64,000 nt of DNA, taken from assembly GCA_030830005.1 (NCBI GenBank), contig JAURNV010000022.1, positions 2,169-66,168 of the forward strand. Reading direction: 5' to 3'. Below are positions 59,854-64,000 of the stretch, piece after piece. The notes below the pieces were generated by a model that did not search any database, was not told the DNA's origin, and saw nothing but the letters and a program-made list of their open reading frames with translations. This DNA is from Flavobacteriaceae bacterium. GTDB lineage: Bacteria; Bacteroidota; Bacteroidia; Flavobacteriales; Flavobacteriaceae. Position 1 is the stretch's first letter. Each line of letters begins with the position of its first letter. The translations under genes and the position numbers were made by a program.

Positions 59854-62604
59854 GTGTTTAAATAAACTTGACTTTTTATTTATTGCTAATTCTTCGGGAG
59901 TTCCAGTAGCAAGAACATAGCCTCCTTTATCACCTCCCTCAGGGCCTAAATCAATGATGTAATCCGCTTGTTCAATAAGACTTATGTTGTGCTCAATTAC
60001 AATAAGGGAATGGCCTTGTTCGAGAAGGGCTCTAAACGCTCCAACCAATTTGTTGATGTCGTGTATATGCAGTCCCGTTGTGGGTTCATCAAACAAAAAC
60101 AAGGTATTGTTTTTTCGCCCTCCTTTGACCAAAAAACTTGCTAATTTAATGCGTTGTGCTTCACCACCCGATAGGGTAGAAGACGATTGTCCTAATGCTA
60201 CATAGCCCATTCCAACATCTTGAAGGGGTTGTAAACGCGCTACAATGTTATTCTGTGCGTGTTGTTGAAAAAAAGCTATAGCCTCGTCAATGCTCATGGT
60301 CAGCAAGTCATGAATAGATTTGTTTTCAAAGGTTACTTCAAGAATTTCTTTTTTAAAGCGTCTTCCATCGCAGTCTTCACAGGTAAGGTCGACATCAGCC
60401 ATAAACTGCATTTCAATTTTTACTGTTCCCTCGCCTTTGCACGTTGGACATCTCCCGCCGTCTACGTTAAACGAAAAATGTTTGGCTTGATACCCCCGCT
60501 GTTTTGAAAGCCCTTGTGCGGCATATAATTTTCGAATGTCATCATACGCCTTAATGTATGTAACAGGGTTTGAGCGAGACGACAATCCAATGGGTTTTTG
60601 ACTAATATATTCAATCGTCTGAAAGCGGTTTATGTCTCCTTCAAGCGCGGTAAACTCACCACATTTATCTCCGTGTATGTCTTTTTGCTTTTTGATTGCA
60701 GGTAATAAGATTTCCTTCACAAGTGTACTTTTTCCACTTCCAGAAACACCAGTAACCACAGTGAGCATATGCAACGGAAATGAAACATCAATATTTTTCA
60801 AATTATGTTCTCTTGCTCCGATCACTCGCAGTTCGTATTTCGGTAATTTTCGTTTTTCTGGTAATGGAATCATTGCTCTTTTTGACAGGTATTTTCCTGT
60901 CCAACTATCCATTTTAAGTATTTTTTCAAAGGTGCCTTGTGCTACAATTTCGCCACCAAATACACCGGCATCAGGACCCAAATCAATAATTTCATCTGCA
61001 GCACGCATGATTTCATCGTCATGTTCTACAACAATTACGGTGTTGCCTAAATCACGAAGTGCGTACAATACTTCTATTAACTTTGCTGTGTCTTTTGGGT
61101 GTAATCCTATGCTAGGCTCATCAAGGATATAAAGCGATCCTACCAAACTGCTGCCGAGTGATGTCGCTAAATTTATGCGTTGCGATTCACCTCCCGATAA
61201 AGTGCTTGAACGACGATTCAAGGTTAAATATCCAAGTCCCACTTGATTTAAAAAGTGTAATCTGTCTTTTATCTCAACCAATAGTCTTCGCGCAATATGC
61301 TGATGATGCTTTGAAAGTTTTAGCCCTTCTATAGTTTTGAATAAATCCCGTATTGGCATATCTACCATTTCCGAAAGGGTATGCCCATCTACGCGGACAT
61401 AATTAGTAGCTTCATTTAAGCGCTTTCCGTTACAAGTGTAACAAGTTGTTCTGCCTCTATATCGTGATAGCATCACACGATTTTGAATTTTATAGTTCTT
61501 GGCTTCTAACTTGGCAAAAAAATGGTTTATGCCCTTGACATGGGTATTTCCTTCCCATAAGATTTTCTTTTGATCAGCACTGAGTTCGTAATAAGGTTTA
61601 TGAACTGGAAAATCAAAGGCATACGCTTTTTCTATAAAATTGTTTTTGTAGCGCTGTAAACGCTCACCTTTCCATGGAGCAACTGCGCCCCCAAAAACCG
61701 AAAGGCTTGTATTGGGAATAACAAGTTGCTCATCAATGCCAATCAAATCACCATAACCCTCGCAGTCTGGACATGCACCTAACGGATTATTAAAACTAAA
61801 CATATGTTCATTTGGAGGGATAAACACCATACCGTCAAGGGCAAAACGATTTGAAAATCCCTTTTGTTTATTATCGCTCAATACATGTAGGACTAAGGTT
61901 CCATCCCCTTCATGAAAAGCAGTTTCAATGGACTCAGCCAAGCGATGATAAAAATCGTCGTCATGCCTCACAATTATTCTATCGACAATTAATGCAATTG
62001 AATCACTACTATTCGGCTTTACCTCATCAATACGAACTATTGCGTCGTTTACCCATAAACGTGCGTATCCTTGCGTCTTGTAGAGGTCAATAACCCCTTG
62101 TAGTGTTCTGTTTTTTGGAATGCTTAGTGGAGCTAATAGGAGGCATTTCTCTCCTTCCTGCATGCTTTTAACATAATCTAAAACATCATTGGTGTTGTCT
62201 TTTTTTACCACCTTCCCTGAAATGGGGGAGAAGGTGACTCCAATTCTAGCGAAAAGCAACTTTAAGTAATCGTATACTTCGGTAGTTGTTCCCACCGTAG
62301 AACGCGGATTGGTACTGATAACCTTTTGTTCTATAGCAATAGCAGGTGCTATTCCGTTAATCTGATGGACTTTAGGTTTGTTTAGTCTGCCTAAAAACTG
62401 TCTGGCATAAGAAGAAAGGCTTTCCACGTAACGTCTTTGACCTTCAGCATAGAGGGTATCAAATGCAAGACTAGATTTTCCTGAGCCTGATAGCCCTGTT
62501 ATAACAACTAATGTATTTCGGGGGATTTGCACATTTACATTTTTCAGATTGTGCATCTGTGCTCCTATAATCTCAATATATTTTTTCTTTTTCAACTGTT
62601 GCAA
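59809..62604 (-). CDS. uvrA: excinuclease ABC subunit A
   Basis: 931 aa with two ABC ATPase modules (GLSGSGKSS, GVSGSGKST, two LSGGE signatures) and CxxC zinc motifs. Its 3-prime end overlaps the flippase gene convergently by 45 nt. Confidence 0.9.
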   Translation of the reverse strand: MQQLKKKKYIEIIGAQMHNLKNVNVQIPRNTLVVITGLSGSGKSSLAFDTLYAEGQRRYVESLSSYARQFLGRLNKPKVHQINGIAPAIAIEQKVISTNPRSTVGTTTEVYDYLKLLFARIGVTFSPISGKVVKKDNTNDVLDYVKSMQEGEKCLLLAPLSIPKNRTLQGVIDLYKTQGYARLWVNDAIVRIDEVKPNSSDSIALIVDRIIVRHDDDFYHRLAESIETAFHEGDGTLVLHVLSDNKQKGFSNRFALDGMVFIPPNEHMFSFNNPLGACPDCEGYGDLIGIDEQLVIPNTSLSVFGGAVAPWKGERLQRYKNNFIEKAYAFDFPVHKPYYELSADQKKILWEGNTHVKGINHFFAKLEAKNYKIQNRVMLSRYRGRTTCYTCNGKRLNEATNYVRVDGHTLSEMVDMPIRDLFKTIEGLKLSKHHQHIARRLLVEIKDRLHFLNQVGLGYLTLNRRSSTLSGGESQRINLATSLGSSLVGSLYILDEPSIGLHPKDTAKLIEVLYALRDLGNTVIVVEHDDEIMRAADEIIDLGPDAGVFGGEIVAQGTFEKILKMDSWTGKYLSKRAMIPLPEKRKLPKYELRVIGAREHNLKNIDVSFPLHMLTVVTGVSGSGKSTLVKEILLPAIKKQKDIHGDKCGEFTALEGDINRFQTIEYISQKPIGLSSRSNPVTYIKAYDDIRKLYAAQGLSKQRGYQAKHFSFNVDGGRCPTCKGEGTVKIEMQFMADVDLTCEDCDGRRFKKEILEVTFENKSIHDLLTMSIDEAIAFFQQHAQNNIVARLQPLQDVGMGYVALGQSSSTLSGGEAQRIKLASFLVKGGRKNNTLFLFDEPTTGLHIHDINKLVGAFRALLEQGHSLIVIEHNISLIEQADYIIDLGPEGGDKGGYVLATGTPEELAINKKSSLFKHLFRELPKTALKNPM

Positions 62605-62673
62605 ATCGAAGCTATAAATATCGAATTTATTTTATTAAAAAGTGTGAATTTTAAACTGTATTAAATTTGTTTC

Positions 62674-62681
62674 TATATTTG
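62674..62681 (+). promoter_or_regulatory. candidate -7 box TATATTTG upstream of the ECF sigma gene
   Basis: Matches TAnnTTTG, 69 nt upstream of the ATG at 62750. No well-spaced -33 TTTG was seen. Confidence 0.3.
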
Positions 62682-62749
62682 TATTTAAGCTTCAGCAGTA
62701 TGATATAGACTTTTTACTCATTTTTAAAGTAAATCTAAACGGGTAATTT

Positions 62750-63331
62750 ATGTCTATTATATCAGATAATCAACTTATTCAGGAATACCTTTCGGGCAAC
62801 AACGCTGCCTTTGAAAAACTTCTTTCCAGATACAAACAACGCATTTACAGTTTTATTTATTCAAAAATTAAAGACAGAGATCTTGCAGAGGATGTTTTTC
62901 AAGATACTTTTATCAAAGTAATTAAAACCTTAAACAAAGGAACTTATAACGAAGAGGGACGTTTTTTATCTTGGGTAATGCGAATTGCACACAATTTAAT
63001 TGTAGATCACTACAGACGCAAAAAACGTATGCCTATGCACGAGGCCCAAAACAACGATCATGATGTCTTTTACAGCATTTCTGAACCTTCCCAGAACATT
63101 GAGAGCCTTATGATTGGTGCTCAAATTAAAGAAGATATTCAAGCACTAATGTTAGAGCTGCCTCAAAATCAGCTTGAAGTATTGCGCATGCGTTTGTATC
63201 AAGATATGAGCTTTAAGGAAATCGCCGAACGTACAAATGTGAGTATCAATACCTCCTTGGGAAGAATGCGTTATGGGCTCATTAATTTACGGAAACTTAT
63301 TGATGAACGGAATCTCACCATGACACAATAA
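62750..63331 (+). CDS. ECF (sigma-70 group 4) RNA polymerase sigma factor
   Basis: 193 aa with region 2 (DLAEDVFQDTFIKV, FLSWVMRIAHNLIVDHYRR) and region 4 (MSFKEIAERTNVSINTSLGRMRYG). Confidence 0.85.
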   Translation: MSIISDNQLIQEYLSGNNAAFEKLLSRYKQRIYSFIYSKIKDRDLAEDVFQDTFIKVIKTLNKGTYNEEGRFLSWVMRIAHNLIVDHYRRKKRMPMHEAQNNDHDVFYSISEPSQNIESLMIGAQIKEDIQALMLELPQNQLEVLRMRLYQDMSFKEIAERTNVSINTSLGRMRYGLINLRKLIDERNLTMTQ

Positions 63332-63505
63332 ATTTTATAAGAAATCGTTACATCTGTAAATGTTATTTATGGATAAACTTTACACACTCTCTAATCCCAA
63401 AAACAATACGTCCCCTAAAAAAGAAACACTTGATTTGATTTTACAATTTGCTGCTTGCTACAAAACAGTAAGTACAAAAAAGGGTAGGGTTGCCTATATC
63501 GCCAA

Positions 63506-64000
63506 CTAAAATCCGTGTTTTTTCAGGACTGTTTTTCTGCCAATTCTTTTGGTGATTACGTCTTTTTCTATGTCCCAACCCCGTGCAGGGCAGTACTCTC
63601 GGCCATACCAAATGATTTGTAGGTGCAAATCATTCCATTTTTCTTTAGGAAACAATCGTTTAGCATCTTTTTCAGTTTGTACTACGTTTTTTCCATTCGA
63701 AAACCCCCAACGATACATCAGCCTATGAATATGTGTGTCAACTGGGAAAGCAGGAACTCCAAACGCTTGAGCCATAACAACACTTGCCGTTTTATGTCCA
63801 ACCGCTGGCAGTGCTTCCAGCGCTTCAAAGCTTTGCGGCACATTTCCATTGTGTTTTTCTAAAATAATTTTAGACAGCCCGTAAATGCCCTTAGATTTCA
63901 TAGGAGATAAGCCTACAGGCTTTATGACTTCCCGGATTTCTTCAATACTAAGTTTAACCATGTCGTTTGGGTTATCAGCTTTTGCAAAAAGAAGTGGCGT
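63506..64000 (-). CDS. nth: endonuclease III-like HhH-GPD DNA glycosylase, C-terminal part (gene continues past the right edge)
   Basis: Track ORF is 63506..63961 from an internal Met, but the frame stays open to position 64000 (...TPLLFAKADNPNDMVKLSIEEI...). HhH motif LPAVGHKTASVV with the catalytic Lys is present, as is the VDTHIHR Asp. Confidence 0.75.
   Translation of the reverse strand, partial: TPLLFAKADNPNDMVKLSIEEIREVIKPVGLSPMKSKGIYGLSKIILEKHNGNVPQSFEALEALPAVGHKTASVVMAQAFGVPAFPVDTHIHRLMYRWGFSNGKNVVQTEKDAKRLFPKEKWNDLHLQIIWYGREYCPARGWDIEKDVITKRIGRKTVLKKHGF

Overview
This is an AT-rich, tightly packed chromosomal segment that reads like core genome of a Bacteroidota (Flavobacteriia-type) bacterium. 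TAnnTTTG -7 boxes sit in front of several genes, many neighbours overlap by 4-14 nt, and several products are lipoprotein or outer-membrane proteins. Content in order: (1) a nine-gene arg operon on the minus strand, 1-7742 (GNAT-argG-argC-proC-argD-argF'-argB-argE-argH, with argH running off the left edge); (2) pabB-tilS-dsbD; (3) flavin reductase, yifB/comM, a small lipoprotein and an ALDH; (4) ilvD-ilvB-ilvN-ilvC-ilvA plus a GapN-like ALDH; (5) dnaN, a DUF62 SAM-cleaving enzyme, phoH-purC; (6) Gfo/Idh/MocA-yggS-dnaQ/GIY-YIG-miaA; (7) pcm, smpB, glyA; (8) glutaminyl cyclase plus a beta-helix lipoprotein; (9) an SRP (4.5S) RNA absent from the ORF track (~38142-38244); (10) SDR-fsa, an ABC-F ATPase, a DUF2007 plus membrane-protein pair; (11) pheT, recG, uvrD/pcrA, an OmpA-like lipoprotein, two small membrane ORFs; (12) mnmE with a GNAT-like gene and a beta-barrel OMP; (13) YfhO-GT4-flippase, uvrA, an ECF sigma factor and an nth fragment at the right edge. 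By eye I found no rRNA, tRNA, CRISPR array, transposase or integrase, phage genes, recognisable defence or toxin-antitoxin genes, or long repeats. I cannot point to a convincing novel multi-gene system; the window looks mostly ordinary. The items most worth a second look are: the Arg-codon-rich mini-ORF and GC-rich patch in the arg operon leader; the SRP RNA abutting the next gene; the small-membrane-ORF pair and the 426-bp unexplained non-coding stretch at 50.2-51.1 kb; and the OMP with a polybasic tail coupled to a GNAT-like gene and mnmE. All functional calls rest on motif recognition in the supplied translations, since no database search was possible.
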